NCBI RefSeq assembly: GCF_044704955.1
Contig: NC_091993.1
Span: forward strand, 117,366,001-117,430,000
DNA from: Pristiophorus japonicus
Taxonomy: Eukaryota
Direction: 5' to 3'
Length of the DNA: 64,000 nt
Of the stretch, positions 47,590 to 61,960 are shown one piece after another. Position 1 is the stretch's first letter. Every line of letters begins with the position of its first letter. Below the pieces are notes generated by a model. The model saw nothing but the letters and a program-made list of their open reading frames with translations. It was not told the DNA's origin and ran no database searches. The position numbers and the translations under genes are program-made.

Positions 47590-50500
47590 CGTCACTCCCC
47601 CTCATCTCTCTGTCTCTCATCCCCCCAGTCTCTCTCTCTTACCCTCCCCCTCTCTCTCTCCCCCTTTCTCTCTCCCCAGCTCTCTCTCTCCCTGCACCTG
47701 CTCTATCTTTCTCCCCCTATCTCTCGCTCGCTCGCTGTCTCTCTAACCCCCTCCTCTCTCTCATCCCCCTCATCTCTCACTCCCACTCCCTCTCTCCCCA
47801 TCCTCTCTCTCTCTCCCCTTTTTCTCTCTCTCGTCCCTGTCTCTCTCTCTCTCTCTCCCCCAGTCTCTCTCTCTCTCTCTCCCACACCCCTGTCTCTCTC
47901 TCTCTCTCTTACCGCCAATCTCTCTCTCTCTCTCTCCCACACCCCTGTCTCTCTCTCTCTCTCCCCAGTCTCTCTCTCTCTCTCCCACACCTGTCTCTCT
48001 CTCTCTCTCCCCCAGTCTCTCTCTCTCTCTCTCTCTCTCAAACCCCTGTCTCTCTCTCTCTCTTCCTCAGTCTCTCTTTCTCTCTCGCTCCCACACCCCT
48101 GTCTCTCTCTCTCTCTTACCGCCACTCTCTCTCTCTCTCTCCCACACCCCTGTCTCTCTCTCTCTCTCCCACACCCCTGTCTCTCTCTCTCTCTCACCCA
48201 GTCTCTCTCTCTCTCTGTCTGCCCCCATTTTTCTTTCAGTTTCCTCTCTCCCCGGCTCTCTCTCCCTCTCTCCCCCGCAGTTGCACCACTCCCCCCACCA
48301 TCTCGCTCTCACTACGCTGTACCTCTCCCTCATCTCTCTCTCCCCCCCACCACTCTCATCTCTTTCTCCCCCTCTCAATTCTCTCATCACCCCCCTTTCT
48401 CTCCCCCTCCTCTCTCTCTCTCCCCAGCTCTCTCCAGACCCCCATCTCTCTCTCTCTCTCTCTCTCTCTCTACCCAGTCTCCCTCCCTCTCAGCTCCCCT
48501 CTCCTCTCTCCATCTCCCACATCTCCTCTCTCTCTCTCCTGTCTCCTCTATCTCCCTCCAACCCATCTCTCTCTCTCTCTCTCTCTCTTTGCCCCTCCAC
48601 TCTCTCCCCCCCTCTTCTCTCTCCCCCTTTTCTTCCCTCTCTCCCTCGTCTCTCTCTCTCTCCCCCTCTCCTCTCTCTCCCCCTCTCTCTCACGCCCTCT
48701 CTTCTCTCTCCGCCCCCATCTCTTTCTCTCTCTCCCAGCCCCTCTTATCTGTCTCCCCCTCTCCTCTCTCTTTCTTACCCCCATTTCTCTCTCTCCCCCT
48801 TCTCTCTGTCTCTGCCCCCGCTTCTCCCTTTCTCCCCCTCTCTCTCCTGCCCTCTCTTCTCTCTCCGCCCCCCTTCCCTTTCTCTCTCTCCCATCCGTCT
48901 CTCTCTCTCCCCACCCCATCTCTCTCTCTCTCTCTCGCTCTCACCACCCTCTCCTCTCTCACCCCCCTTTCCTCTCTCAACCTCCTTTCCTCTTTCATCC
49001 CCCTCTCCTCTCTCACCCCCTCTCCTCTCTCTCTCTTAACACATTCCCGTCTCTCTCTCTCTTCCCCCCCATTTCTTTTTAACCCGTCTCTCTCTCCCAC
49101 GTCTCTCTTTCTCTCTCTCCCCCATCTCCTCTCTCTCCCCCACCTCGCTTCTCCCTCCCCCTCTCTTCTCTCTCTCTTCACCCTCCCCCTCTCTCTCCCC
49201 TCCTTTCTGTCTCCGCCCACCTGTCTCTTTCTCTCTATCTCTCTCTTGGCCCCTTGTCCATCTCCCCATCCCCCCTATCTCTCTGTCACTGCCCCCGTCT
49301 TTCTCTCTCTCTCCCCTTCTCCTCTCTCACGTTTCACCCCCCATCCCATCTCACTTTCTCTCCCACCGTCTCCCTCTCCCTTGTCTCTCTCTCTCTTTCT
49401 CCTCATCTCTCTCTTCCACTTCCCCTCCTTCACTCTCTTCCCCTCAAGTCTCTCTCTCTCCCCGACCCCTGTCTCTCTCCCTCTCCCCCCATCTCACTCC
49501 CCCCAGTCTCTCTCCCTATCCCCATCTCTCTCTCCCTCCCGTTTTTCTGTCACACCAAGTATCTAACTCTCCCCCCACTGTCTCTCTTTCTCTCTCTTAC
49601 ACCCCGATCTCTCTGCCTCTCATCCTCTCTCTCCCCCCCATCTCTCTCTCCCCCTCCTCTCCCTCTCTCCTCTCTCTCCCTATCTCTCTCTTTCTCTCTC
49701 CCTCAAGTCTCTCTCTCTCTCTCTTCCCCCCCGGTCTCTCTCTCTTCCCCATTTCTCTCTCTCTCTCCCCACCCATCTCTCTCTCACACCACCGTCTCTC
49801 TCTCTCTTCCCTCCCTCTCCTCTCTCTCTCTCTCTCTCTCTCCCCCGCCCCCGTTTCTCACTCTCTCTCTCTCTCCCCCTCCCCTCTCCTCTCTCTTCCT
49901 CCGTCTTATCCTCTCTCTCTCTTCCCCCCTCTCTTCTCTCTCAGCCCCCAATCTCTCTCTCCCCATTTCTCTGTCTCTGCCCCCCTGCCTCTCTCTTTTA
50001 CCCCCACCCCCCCTTCTGTCTCTCTCTCTCCGCCCCCCTCTTCTGTCTCTCTCTCTCTCTCTGGCCCGTATCTCTCTCTCTCTGCTCCCCTCCCTTTTCT
50101 CTCTCCCCCCTCTCCTATCTCTCTCCTACCCCCCCATCTATCTCTTCCCCCCATCTCTCTGTCTCTGCCCCCACGTGTTTTTCTCTCTCTCTCTCTCCCA
50201 CTGTCTCTCTCTGCCCCGTCTCCAAATCACCCGTGCCTCTCTCTCTTCCCCTATCCCCCTCTCTTCTTTTGCACCCCCCGTCTCTCTCTCTCTCCCCCAC
50301 CCCCCATTTCTCTCCCCCACCCATCTCTACCTCTCCCCACCCCCGTCTCTCTCTCTCCCCCCTCTCCTCTCTCAACCCTCCTCTTCTCTCTCTCTTAAAT
50401 CCCGTCTCTCTCTCCCGCATCTCTCTGACTCTGCTCCCGTCTCTCTCTTTCTCTTAACCCTCCCCCCATCTCTCTCTTTTACCCCCCCCCGTTTTTCTTT

Positions 50501-53500
50501 AGCCCAAGTCTCTCTCTCTGTCCCCACATCTCTCTCTCTCCCCCAATGTCTATTTCTCCATTTCTCCGCCAACCCCTGACTCTCTCTCTCTCTCTCTCTT
50601 ATCCCCTTCCCGTCTCTCTCTCTCTTTCTCCTTCCCCCCATTTCTCTTTAACCCAAGTCTCTCTCTCTGTCTCTATGTCTCTCTCTCTCCCCCATGTCCA
50701 TCTCTCTATCTTCCCACCACCCCATGTCTCTCTCTCTCTTCCCCGTCTCCTCTCTCTCCCCCACCTCGCTTCTCCAAACTCCCTCTCTCTCCCCCCGTCT
50801 CTCTGTCTCTGCCCACCTGTCTGTCTCTCTTTTACACCCCCGTCTCTCTGTCCATCCCCCCCATCTCTCTGTCTCTGCCCCTATGTGTCTCTCTGTCTCT
50901 TTCTCCCCCCTTCTCCTCTGTCACACTCTTTCCCCCACTGTGCCACAGTCTCTCTCTCTCTCTCCCCCCCCCCCCCCGTCTCCAGGCCCCCCGTCTCTCT
51001 CTCTCTCTCTCTCTCTTCCCCCATCTCTCTCTCTTCCTCTGCACTCCCTGTCTCTCTCTCTCTCGCCACCTATCTCTCTATCTCCCCCCATCTCTCTCTC
51101 TCCCCATCTCTCTCTCTCCCCCATCTTTCTCTCCCTCTCTCCCCCCAGTCTCACTCTCTTTACCCTGCACCTCTCGCTCATCTTGCTCTCCAACCCTCTC
51201 ATCTCTCTCTCTCCCCCCCACTCGCATCTCTTTCTCCCCCTCTCAATTCTCTCGCCCCCTTTCTCTCCCCTTCCTCTCTCTCTCTTGCCCCCATCTTTCT
51301 CCAGCCCCCCATCTATCTCTCTCTACCCATTCACTCTCCCTCTCAGTTCCTCTCTCCTCTCTCCATCTCCCATCGTCTCCTCTCTCTCTCTCCCCTCTCC
51401 TCTATCTCGCTCCACCGCATCTCTCTCTCTCTCTCTCTCTTTTCCCCCTGCCACTCTTTCTCTCTCCCCCTTCTCTTCCCTCTCTCCCTCATCTCTCTCT
51501 CTCTTCCCCTCTCTCTCTCCTTCCTCTCATCTCTCTCCACCCCCATCTCTTTCTCTCACTTTCCCAGCCCCTCTCCTTTCTCTCCCCCCCTCTTTATTAT
51601 CCCCCGTCGCTCTCTCCCCCCATCTCTCTGTCTCTGCCCCCCCACCTCCCTTTACCTTATACCCCCCTCTCTCTCTCCCACCCGTCTCTCACTCTCTCCC
51701 CACCCCCGTCTCTCTCTCTCTCTCTCCCCCCGCTCTCCTCTCTCACCCACCTCTCCTATCTCTCTTTACCCCTTGTCTCTTGCTCTTCCCCATCTCTCTG
51801 ATTCTGCTCCCGTCTCTCTCTCTCTCTTTTACCCCTCTTCCCGTCTCGCTCTCTCTCCCCACATTTCTCTCTCTCTCCCCCCCAATATCTCTCTCTTTCT
51901 CTCTCTCCCAGACCCTCTCCTATCTCTCCCCCCTCACCTCTCTCTTTCTGCCCCTCCCAGTCTCTCTCCCCCCATCTCTCTGTCTCTGGCCCCCATTTAC
52001 CTTTCTCATACTCCCGCCCATCTCTCTCTGCCTCTCTCCCCCCCCCCCCCCCATCTCTCTTCTCTCTCCGCAACCCCCCACCCGTTTCTCTCTCTTTCCA
52101 CCCTGTCTCTTTCGCTATGTCCCCCCATCTTTCTCTTCCCCGTCTCTCTTTCTCCTCCCGTCTCTCTCTCTCACCCCCCCACCCCCCCGCTGCCCCCCCG
52201 CCCCTGTCTCTCTCTGTACACCCCCGTCTCTCTCTCTCTCACTGAACCGGTCTCTCTCTCTCCCCCCTCTCATTTCTCTCTCTCCCCCTCTCCTCTCTTT
52301 TTCTCTCTCTGCCCAGTCTCTCTCCCTCTCTCTCCACCCCTCCCTTATCTCTTTCCCCCCTCAGTCCTCTCTCTCCTACCCCCCCATCTCTCTCTCTCCC
52401 CATCTCACTGTCTCTGCCGCCCCCCATCTCTCCCTCTCTTACCCCCCGTCTTTGTCCATCCCCCCGTCTCTCTCTCTCTCTAGCCCACCACCTGTCTCTC
52501 TCACTCTCTCCCCGCCCCGCATCTCTCTCTCTCTCTCTCTCTTCCCCGGCTCTCTCTCCCTCTCTCCCCCGCAGTTGCACCACCCCCCCACCATCTCGCT
52601 CTCACTACGCTGTACCTCTCCCTCATCTCTCTCTCCCCCCCACCACTCTCATCGCTTTCTTCCCCTCTCAATTCTCTCATCACCCCCCTTTCTCTCCCCC
52701 TCCTCTCTCTCTCTCCCCATCTCTCTCCAGACCCCCACCTCTCTCTCTCTCTCTCTACCCAGTCTCCCTCCCTCTCAGCTCCCCTCTCCTCTCTCCATCT
52801 CCCACATCTCTCTCTCTCTCCTGTCTCCTCTATCTCCCTCCAACCCATCTCTCTCTCTCTCTCTTTGCCCCTCCACTCTCTCCCCCCCTCTTCTCTCTCC
52901 CCCTTTTCTTCCCTCTCTCCCTCGTCTCTCTCTCTCTCCCCCTCTCCTCTCTCTCCCCCTTTCTCTCCCGCCCTCTCTTCTCTCTCCGCCCCCGTCTCTT
53001 TCTCTCTCTCCCAGCCCCTCTTATCTGTCTCCCCCTCTCCTCTCTCTTTCTTACCCCCATCTCTCTCTCTCCCCCTTCTCTCTGTCTCTGCCCCCGCTTC
53101 TCCCTTTCTCCCCCTCTCTCTCCTGCCCTCTCTTCTCTCTCCGCCCCCCTTCCCTTTCTCTCTCTCCCATCCGTCTCTCTCTCTCCCCACCCCATCTCTC
53201 TCTCTCTCTCGCTCTCACCACCCTCTCCTCTCTCACCCCCCTTTCCTCTCTCAACCCCCTTTCCTCTTTCATCCCCCTCTCCTCTCTCACCCCCTCTCCT
53301 CTCTCTCTCTTAACACTTCCCGTCTCTCTCTCTCTTCCCCCCCGTTTCTTTTTAACCCGTCTCTCTCTCCCACGTCTCTCTTTCTCTCTCTCTCCCCATC
53401 TCCTCTCTCTCCCCCACCTCGCTTCTCCCTCCCCCTCTCTTCTCTCTCTCTTCACCCTCCCCCTCTCTCTCCCCTCCTTTCTGTCTCCGCCCACCTGTCT

Positions 53501-54088
53501 CTTTCTCTCTATCTCTCTCTTGGCCCCTTGTCCATCTCCCCATCCCCCCTATCTCTCTGTCACTGCCCCCGTCTTTCTCTCTCTCTCCCCTTCTCCTCTC
53601 TCACGTTTCACCCCCCATCCCATCTCACTTTCTCTCCCACCGTCTCCCTCTCCCTTGTCTCTCTCTCTCTTTCTCCTCATCTCTCTCTTCCACTTCCCCT
53701 CCTTCACTCTCTTCCCCTCAAGTCTCTCTCTCTCCCCGACCCCTGTCTCTCTCCCTCTCCCCCCATCTCACTCCCCCCAGTCTCTCTCCCTATCCCCATC
53801 TCTCTCTCCCTCCCGTTTTTCTGTCACACCAAGTATCTAACTCTCCCCCCACTGTCTCTCTTTCTCTCTCTTACACCCCGATCTCTCTGCCTCTCATCCT
53901 CTCTCTCCCCCCCATCTCTCTCTCCCCCTCCTCTCCCTCTCTCCTCTCTCTCCCTATCTCTCTCTTTCTCTCTCCCTCAAGTCTCTCTCTCTCTCTCTTC
54001 CCCCCCGGTCTCTCTCTCTTCCCCATTTCTCTCTCTCTCTCCCCACCCATCTCTCTCTCACACCACCGTCTCTCTCTCTCTTCCCTCC

Positions 54089-54120
<32 letters not shown>

Positions 54121-57111
54121 CCCCGCCCCCGTTTCTCACTCTCTCTCTCCCCCTCCCCTCTCCTCTCTCTTCCTCCGTCTTATCCTCTCTCTCTCTTCCC
54201 CCCTCTCTTCTCTCTCAGCCCCCAATCTCTCTCTCCCCATCTCTCTGTCTCTGCCCCCCTGCCTCTCTCTTTTACCCCCACCCCCCCTTCTGTCTCTCTC
54301 TCTCCGCCCCCCTCTTCTGTCTCTCTCTCTCTCTCTCTGGCCCGTATCTCTCTCTCTCTGCTCCCCTCCCTTTTCTCTCTCCCCCCTCTCCTATCTCTCT
54401 CCTACCCCCCCCATCTATCTCTTCCCCCCATCTCTCTGTCTCTGCCCCCACGTGTTTTTCTCTCTCTCTCTCTCCCACTGTCTCTCTCTGCCCCGTCTCC
54501 AAATCACCCGTGCCTCTCTCTCTTCCCCCTATCCCCCTCTCTTCTTTTGCACCCCCCGTCTCTCTCTCTCTCCCCCACCCCCCATTTCTCTCCCCCACCC
54601 ATCTCTACCTCTCCCCACCCCCGTCTCTCTCTCTCCCCCCTCTCCTCTCTCAACCCTCCTCTTCTCTCTCTCTTAAATCCCGTCTCTCTCTCCCGCATCT
54701 CTCTGACTCTGCTCCCGTCTCTCTCTTTCTCTTAACCCTCCCCCCATCTCTCTCTTTTACCCCCCCCGTTTTTCTTTAGCCCAAGTCTCTCTCTCTGTCC
54801 CCACATCTCTCTCTCTCCCCCAATGTCTATTTCTCCATTTCTCCGCCAACCCCTGACTCGCTCTCTCTCTCTCTCTCTTATCCCCTTCCCGCCTCTCTCT
54901 CTCTTTCTCCTTCCCCCCATTTCTCTTTAACCCAAGTCTCTCTCTCTGTCTCTATGTCTCTCTCTCTCCCCCATGTCCATCTCTCTATCTTCCCATCACC
55001 CCATGTCTCTCTCTCTCTTCCCCGTCTCCTCTCTCTCCCCCACCTCGCTTCTCCAAACTCCCTCTCTCTCCCCCCGTCTCTCTGTCTTTGCCCACCTGTC
55101 TGTCTCTCTCTTACACCCCCGTCTCTCTGTCCATCCCCCCCATCTCTCTGTCTCTGCCCCTATGTGTCTCTCTGTCTCTTTCTCCCCCCTTCTCCTCTGT
55201 CACACTCTTTCCCCCACTGTGCCACAGTCTCTCTCTCTCTCTCCCATCTCTCTCCCCCCCCCGTCTCCAGGCCCCCTGTCTCTCTCTCTTCCTCTGCACT
55301 CCCTGTCTCTCTCTCTCTCGCCCGCCACCTATCTCTCTATCTCCCCCCATCTCTCTCTCTCCCCCCATCTTTCTCTCCCTCTCTCCCCCCAGTCTCACTC
55401 TCTTTACCCTGCACCTCTCGCTCATCTTGCTCTCCAACCCTCTCATCTCTCTCTCTCCCCCCCCCCCACTCGCATCTCTTTCTCCCCCTCTCAATTCTCT
55501 CACCCCCTTTCTCTCCCCTTCCTCTCTCTCTCTTGCCCCCATCTTTCTCCAGCCCCCCATCTATCTCTCTCTACCCATTCACTCTCCCTCTCAGTTCCTC
55601 TCTCCTCTCTCCATCTCCCATCGTCTCCTCTCTCTCTCTCCCCTCTCCTCTATCTCGCTCCACCGCATCTCTCTCTCTCTCTCTTTTCCCCCTGCCACTC
55701 TTTCTCTCTCCCCCTTCTCTTCCCTCTCTCCCTCATCTCTCTCTCTCTTCCCCTCATCTCTCTCCACCCCCGTCTCTTTCTCTCACTTTCCCAGCCCCTC
55801 TCCTTTCTCTCCCCCCCTCTTTATTATCCCCCGTCGCTCTCTCCCCCATCTCTCTGTCTCTGCCCCCCCACCTCCCTTTACCTTACACCCCCCTCTCTCT
55901 CTCCCACCCGTCTCTCACTCTCTCCCCACCCCCGTCTCTCTCTCTCTCTCTCCCTCCCCTCTCCTCTCTCATTCACCTCTCCTATCTCTCTTTACCCCTT
56001 GTCTCTCGCTCTTCCCCATCTCTCTGATTCTGCTCCCGTCTCTCTCTCTTTTACCTCTCTTCCCGTCTCACTCTCTCTCCCCACATTTCTCTCTCTCTCC
56101 CCCCCAATATCTCTCTCTCTTTCTCTCTCTCCCAGACCCTCTCCTATCTCTCCCCCCTCACCTCTCTCTTTCTGCCCCTCCCAGTCTCTCTCCCCCCATC
56201 TCTCTGTCTCTGGCCCCCATTTACCTTTCTCATACCCCCGCCCATCTCTCTCTGCCTCTCTCCCCCCCCCCCATCTCTCTTCGCAACCCCCCACCCGTTT
56301 CCTTCTCTTTCCACCCTGTCTCTTTTGCTATGTCTCCCCATCTTTCTCTTCCCAGTCTCTCTTTCTCCTCCCGTCTCTCTCTCTCACCCCCCCACCACAC
56401 CCGCTGCCCCCCCGCCCCTGTCTCTCTCTGTACACCCCCGTCTCTCTCTCTCTCACTGATCCAGTCTCTCTCTCTCCCCCCTCTCATTTCTCTCTCCCCC
56501 TCCTCTCCCTCTCTCCCCTCTTCTCATTTCTCTCCCCGTCTCTCTCTCCCTCTCTCTCCCCCCAGTTTCTCTTTCCAACCCCGTATCTCTCTCTCTCTCT
56601 CTTCCCCCGCCTCTCTCTTCCCCATCCCTCTCTCTCTTCCCTCCTGTCTCTCTCCCACTTCCCTCTCAACTCATCTCTCTCTTTCTCTCTGTCTTTCCCC
56701 CCCTCTCTCTCCCCCCAACCCCGTCTCTTACTCTCTCCCCCCTCTCCTCTCTCTCCCCCCTCCTCTTTCTCTCTCTTCTTTCCATCTTATCTCTCACCAC
56801 CCCACCCCCGTCTCTCTCTCTCTACCCCACCCCCGTCTCTCTCTCTCTTGCCTGCTTGTCTTCCTTCCCCCCATCGCTCTGTCTCTGCCCCCGCCTGTTT
56901 CTCTTATCCCCCCACCCCCCGTCTCTCTCTCTAATCCTACCATCTCTCTCTCTCTCCCCACCCCCGACCCTTGTCTCGTGCTCTCTCTCCCCAGTCTGTC
57001 TCTCTCTCTCCTCCCAATCTCCCACCTGGTCACTCTGCCCCCATCTCCGTCCCTCGTTCTTCACCCCTCCCTTCTCTCTCTCCCTGTCTTTCTTTCTCTC
57101 TCTCCCTCCCG

Positions 57112-57143
<32 letters not shown>

Positions 57144-58549
57144 TCGCTCCCCTCCATTTTTCTCCCTATCTCTCTTCCCCCATCTCCTCTCTCTACCCAC
57201 CCCCTCTCACTCCTCTCCCATCTCTTCTCTCTCTCTTTCGCCCCCTCTTCTCTTTCTTTCCCCTCCCCATCTCTCTCCCTCTCCCCATCCGCATCTTTCT
57301 CCCTCTCTCCCCCATCTCTCTGATTCTGCCCCCGTCTTTCTCTCTCTCCCCCTTCTCCTCTCTCACTCTTGCCCCATCTCACTCTGTCTCCCCCACCCCG
57401 ACTCTCTCTCCCCTAATCCCTCTCTCTCTCTTTCCAGTCTCTCACTCTCACCCGCCACCCCTCCCACCCCCCGCCCATGTCTCTCTCTACCCACCTCATC
57501 TCTTTCTCCCTCTCTCTCACTGCACCCAGTCTCTCTCCACCCTTTCATCTCATTCTCTCCCTCCTCTCCCTCTCTCCCCCTTTCTCCTCTCTCTCCCAAT
57601 CTCTCTCTCTCTCTCTCCCTTCCCCCAGTCTCTGTCTCCAACCCTGTGTCTCTCTCTTCCCCTATCTCTCTCTCTCTCCCCTCCCGTCTCTCTCCTCAGC
57701 CCCAACCCTGTCTCGTGCTCTCTATCCCCTGTCTGTCTCTCTCTCTCTCCCCCCAGTCTCCCACTCGGCCTGTCTGCCCCGTCTCTCTCTCTCTCCCTCC
57801 ACCCCTCCCTTCTCTCTCTCCCCAGTCTCTCTCTGCTTCTCTTCACCCATCTCCTCTCTCTGTCCACCCCCTCTCACTCCTCCCCCTTCTCTTCTTGTTC
57901 TCTCTACCACCCTCTAATCTCTCACTCTCTCCTCTCCCCCATCTCTGTCTCTCTCTATCTCTTCCTTCTCTCTCCCTCCTCTCCTCTTTCTCTCCTACTC
58001 CCCCGTCTCTCACTCCCCCATCTCACTTTCTCTGCCCCCATCTTTATCTCTCTTTCCCCCCATCTCTCTCTCCTTCCCCCCTTCTCTCTCTCTATCGCCA
58101 TCTGTCTCTCTCTACCNNNNNNNNNNNNNNNNNNNNNNNNNNNNNNNNNNNNNNNNNNNNNNNNNNNNNNNNNNNNNNNNNNNNNNNNNNNNNNNNNNNN
58201 NNNNNNNNNNNNNNNNNNNNNNNNNNNNNNNNNNNNNNNNNNNNNNNNNNNNNNNCCCAAATCTCTCTCTCTCTCTCTTACCCCCCCCCCCCCGTCTCTC
58301 TGTCCTTCCCCCATCTCTCTGTCTCTGCCCCCACATGTCTTTCTCTCACCCCTCTCCTCTGTCACTCTCTTCCCTCAGCCCCATCTCACTCTCTCTCCCC
58401 CCATCTCTCTCTCTCTCTTCCCCATGTCTCTCTCTCTTCCTCTTCCCCCCGCATCCCTCTCTCCCACCCCATCTCTCTCTCTCTCCCCCGGCTTTCTCCC
58501 CCTCTCTCCCCCCCAGTCTCATGCCCCCAGTCTCACTCTTTCTATCCTG
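47590..58549. repeat. Polypyrimidine (CT-rich) low-complexity tract with a ~4.3-kb tandem duplication
   Basis: Almost exclusively C/T on the + strand. Unique marker words recur at ~4.2-4.3 kb spacing. Confidence 0.95.
58117..58255. other. Assembly gap (139 N)
   Basis: Run of N. Confidence 1.
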
Positions 58550-60528
58550 TGTCATGTATGTAACCTTCATGTAACTGTAACCTTCATGTAACAACACTGC
58601 ATACTGTATACACCTAAGAAATGCACACCTTGACCAGAGATGGTGAACTTGTGGGAGACACTCCTCACCTGGTCATCCAGGTATATAAAGGGAGGTCCCA
58701 CGCAGGGTCATCACTTCTTGGTCCTGTGAATAAAGGTTAAGGTCACAGAGTGACCATGTCTGCAGAATGTGCCTCGTGTGAATTTATAGTAGTGTGTAAC
58801 GATCCAACATTTGGCAATGATAAACGGGAATCAACGACTCACGAGAATGGCCACCGGTAGCACAGAGGAACGGTACGGTGTTGGTGAGGACTGGGACGAT
58901 TTCGTTGAGAGGCTCCAGCAGAGCTTTGTCACGAAGGACTGGCTGGGACCGGCAGTGGCTGACAAGCGAAGGGCGCATCTACTGACCAGCTGTGGACCTA
59001 AGACGTACGCGCTGATGAAAAACCTGCTCACAGCCGAGAAGCCGGTGGACAAGACCTTTGAGGAGCTCAGCAAACTGATCAGTGAGCACCTCAAACCGGC
59101 GAGCAGTATACACATGGCCCGACACCGATTCTATATACATCGACATCGGGACGGACAGAGCATACAGGACTTCGTTGCGGACCTTCGGCGTTTGGCCAGC
59201 CTCTGTAAGTTCACAGATGCCTGCAGGGGAGAGATGTTACGGGATTTCTTCATTGAGGGCATTGGTCATGCCGAGATTTTCAGAAAGCTAATTGAGACCA
59301 AGACTTGACCTTGGAAGCGACGGCATTGATGGCACAGACCTTCATGGCGGGGGAGGAGGAAACCAAGATAATATACGCGCGCAACTCTGCTTCCAACATG
59401 GCGATGGAGCAGGGAGTTAACATTGTAAACACGACTCAGAACCCCGCAGGCAGGCAAGGGCAATTCGACACCACCCGGGCAGTAACAGACACTAGAGTGG
59501 ATCCTCAACAGAGACAATGGCAGGTTGAACGGACATTTACACCATCACAAGGGATAATACGTCCCGGGATGGGGCCATTGACACCCACTAACAGAGTGCT
59601 CAAGAGTAATCAAAGAGACAATCAGAGAGGAATACCTGGTAACAGCTCTTTTGTTCACAACAATCTCAGCTCATGCTGGAGGTGCAGGGACAGACATGCT
59701 GCAAAAACCTGTCGGTTTCAACAATTTATCTGTAGAAATTGTAACTTCAGTGGACATTTAGCCAGAATGTGCAGGAAGCCCGCAGCGAGGCTAATTTACG
59801 AGGCAGATGAACCACAAGAGGGGTCTGCAAGGCAGGTTGATGCTTGGGACACAGCAATGGACGCTGAAGTTCAGCGGGTTCAGGTAGCAAACATCCACAG
59901 CTCATATACAAAAACGCCACCTATGATGATGAAAGTCCTATTAAACGGCATCCTGGTATGCATGGAACTGGACACAGGGGCCAGCCAGTCACTTATGAGT
60001 GTCCAACAATTCGAGAAACTGTGGCCACTCAGAGCTAGCAGACCCAAATTAGAATGCATTGACACACAATTACGGACGTAAACCAAAGAGATCATCCCAG
60101 TGCTAGGCAGTGCAATGTTGGTGGTCACACATAATGGATCAGAGAACCGGCTGCCACTCTGGATTGTCCCGGGAAATAGTCCCGTGTTTTTGGGAAGGAG
60201 CTGGCTAGCCGAGATGAACTGGAAATGGGGGGATGTGCACGCCATTTCATCTGTGGAGCGAAGTTCATGCTCACAGGTCCTACAGAAATTTGAGTCGCTA
60301 TTTCAACCTGGTGTCGGGACTTTCAAAGGTACCAAAGTTGTGATACGCATCACCCCGGATGTCAGACCAGTGCACCATAAAGCCAGAGCTGTGCCGTATG
60401 TGATGCAGGAGAAAATTGAGAGTGAGTTAGATAGGTTGCTGAGAGAGGGCATAATTTCGCCCGTTGAATTCAGGGCCTGGGCAAGCCCCATCGTCCCTGT
60501 CCTAAAAACGGATGGCTTGGTCAGGATC
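58550..60528 (+). mobile_element. Gypsy (Mag-like) LTR retrotransposon, 5' half only
   Basis: LTR TGTCATG...AACA at 58550-58809 with tatataa (58682) and aataaa (58729), then a decayed PBS. Gag from ATG 58847 is homologous to the 8019-12255 element, with zinc knuckles, protease MELDTGAS and RT start 'WASPIVPVLKTDGLVRI'. Frameshift at ~59305 and stop at 60081. Confidence 0.92.
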
Positions 60529-61960
60529 TCCCCCCAGTCTCTCTCTCTCTCCCCCCAGTCTCTCTCTCTCTCCTCCCAGTCTCTCTCTCTCTCCCCCAGT
60601 CTCTCTCTCTCTCCCCCAAGTCTCTCTCTCTCTCCCCCCAGTCTCTCTCTCTCTCTCCCCCCAGTCTCTCTCTCTCTCCCCCCAGTCTCTCTCTCTCTCT
60701 CCCCCCAGTCTCTCTCTCTCTCCCCCCGTATCTCTCTCTCTCCCCCCAGTCTCTCTCTCTCTCCCCCCAGTCGCTCGCTCTCTCTCCCCCCAGTCTCTCT
60801 CTCTCTCCCCCCCAGTCTCTCTCTCTCTCCCCCCAGTCTCTCTCTCTCTCCCCCCAGTCTCTCTCTCTCTCTCCCCCCAGTCTCTCTCTCTCTCCTCCCA
60901 GTCTCTCTCTCTCTCCCCCCAGTCTCTCTCTCTCTCCCCCCAGTCTCTCTCTCTCTCCCCCCAGTCTCTCTCTCTCTCTCTCTCCCCCCCCAGTCTCTCT
61001 CTCTCTCTCCCCCCAGTCTCTCTCTCTCTCCCCCCAGTCTCTCTCTCTCTCCCCCCAGTCTCTCTCTCTCTCCCCCCAGTCTCTCTCTCTCTCCCCCCAG
61101 TCTCTCTCTCTCTTCCCCCAGTCTCTCTCTCTCTCTCCCCCCAGTCTCTCTCTCTCCCCCCAGTCTCTCTCTCTCTCCCCCCAGTCTCTCTCTCTCTCTC
61201 TCCCCCCAGTCTCTCTCTCTCCCCCCAGTCTCTCTCTCTCTCCCCCCAGTCTCTCTCTCTCTCTCCCCCCAGTCTCTCTCTCTCTCCTCCCAGTCTCTCT
61301 CTCTCTCCCCCAGTCTCTCTCTCTCTCCCCCCAGTCTCTCTCTCTCTCTCCCCCCAGTCTCTCTCTCTCTCCCCCCAGTCTCTCTCTCTCTCTCCCCCCA
61401 GTCTCTCTCTCTCTCTCTCTCCCCCCCCAGTCTCTCTCTCTCTCTCCCCCCAGTCTCTCTCTCTCTCCCCCCAGTCTCTCTCTCTCTCCCCCCAGTCTCT
61501 CTCTCTCTCCCCCCAGTCTCTCTCTCTCTTCCCCCAGTCTCTCTCTCTCTCCCCCCAGTCTCTCTCTCTTCCCCCAGTCTCTCTCTCCCCCCAGTCTCTC
61601 TCTCTCTCCCCCCAGTCTCTCTCTCTCTCTCTCCCCCCAGTCTCTCTCTCTCTCCCCCCAGTCTCTCTCTCTCTCTCCCCCCAGTCTCTCTCTCTCTCTC
61701 CCCCCAGTCTCTCTCTCTCTGTCCCCCCAGTCTCTCTCTCTCTCCCCCCAGTCTCTCTCTCTCTCCCCCCAGTCTCTCTCTCTCTTTCCCCCCAGTCTCT
61801 CTCTCTCTCTCTCCCCCCAGTCTCTCTCTCTCTCTCCCCCCAGTCTCTCTCTCTCTTTCCCCCCAGTCTCTCTCTCTCTCTCTCTCTCCCCCCAGTCTCT
61901 CTCTCTCTCTCCCCCCAGTCTCTCTCTCTTCCCCCAGTCTCTCTCTCCCCCCAGTCTCTT
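60529..61960. repeat. Homogeneous minisatellite (CCCCCCAGT(CT)n), ~20-24-bp unit
   Basis: Dozens of head-to-tail ccccagtctctctctctct units. Confidence 0.95.

Noticed and set aside
60529-61960. Regular short repeats as a possible CRISPR array
   Set aside because: No unique spacers, no cas genes and a vertebrate context; it is a simple minisatellite.
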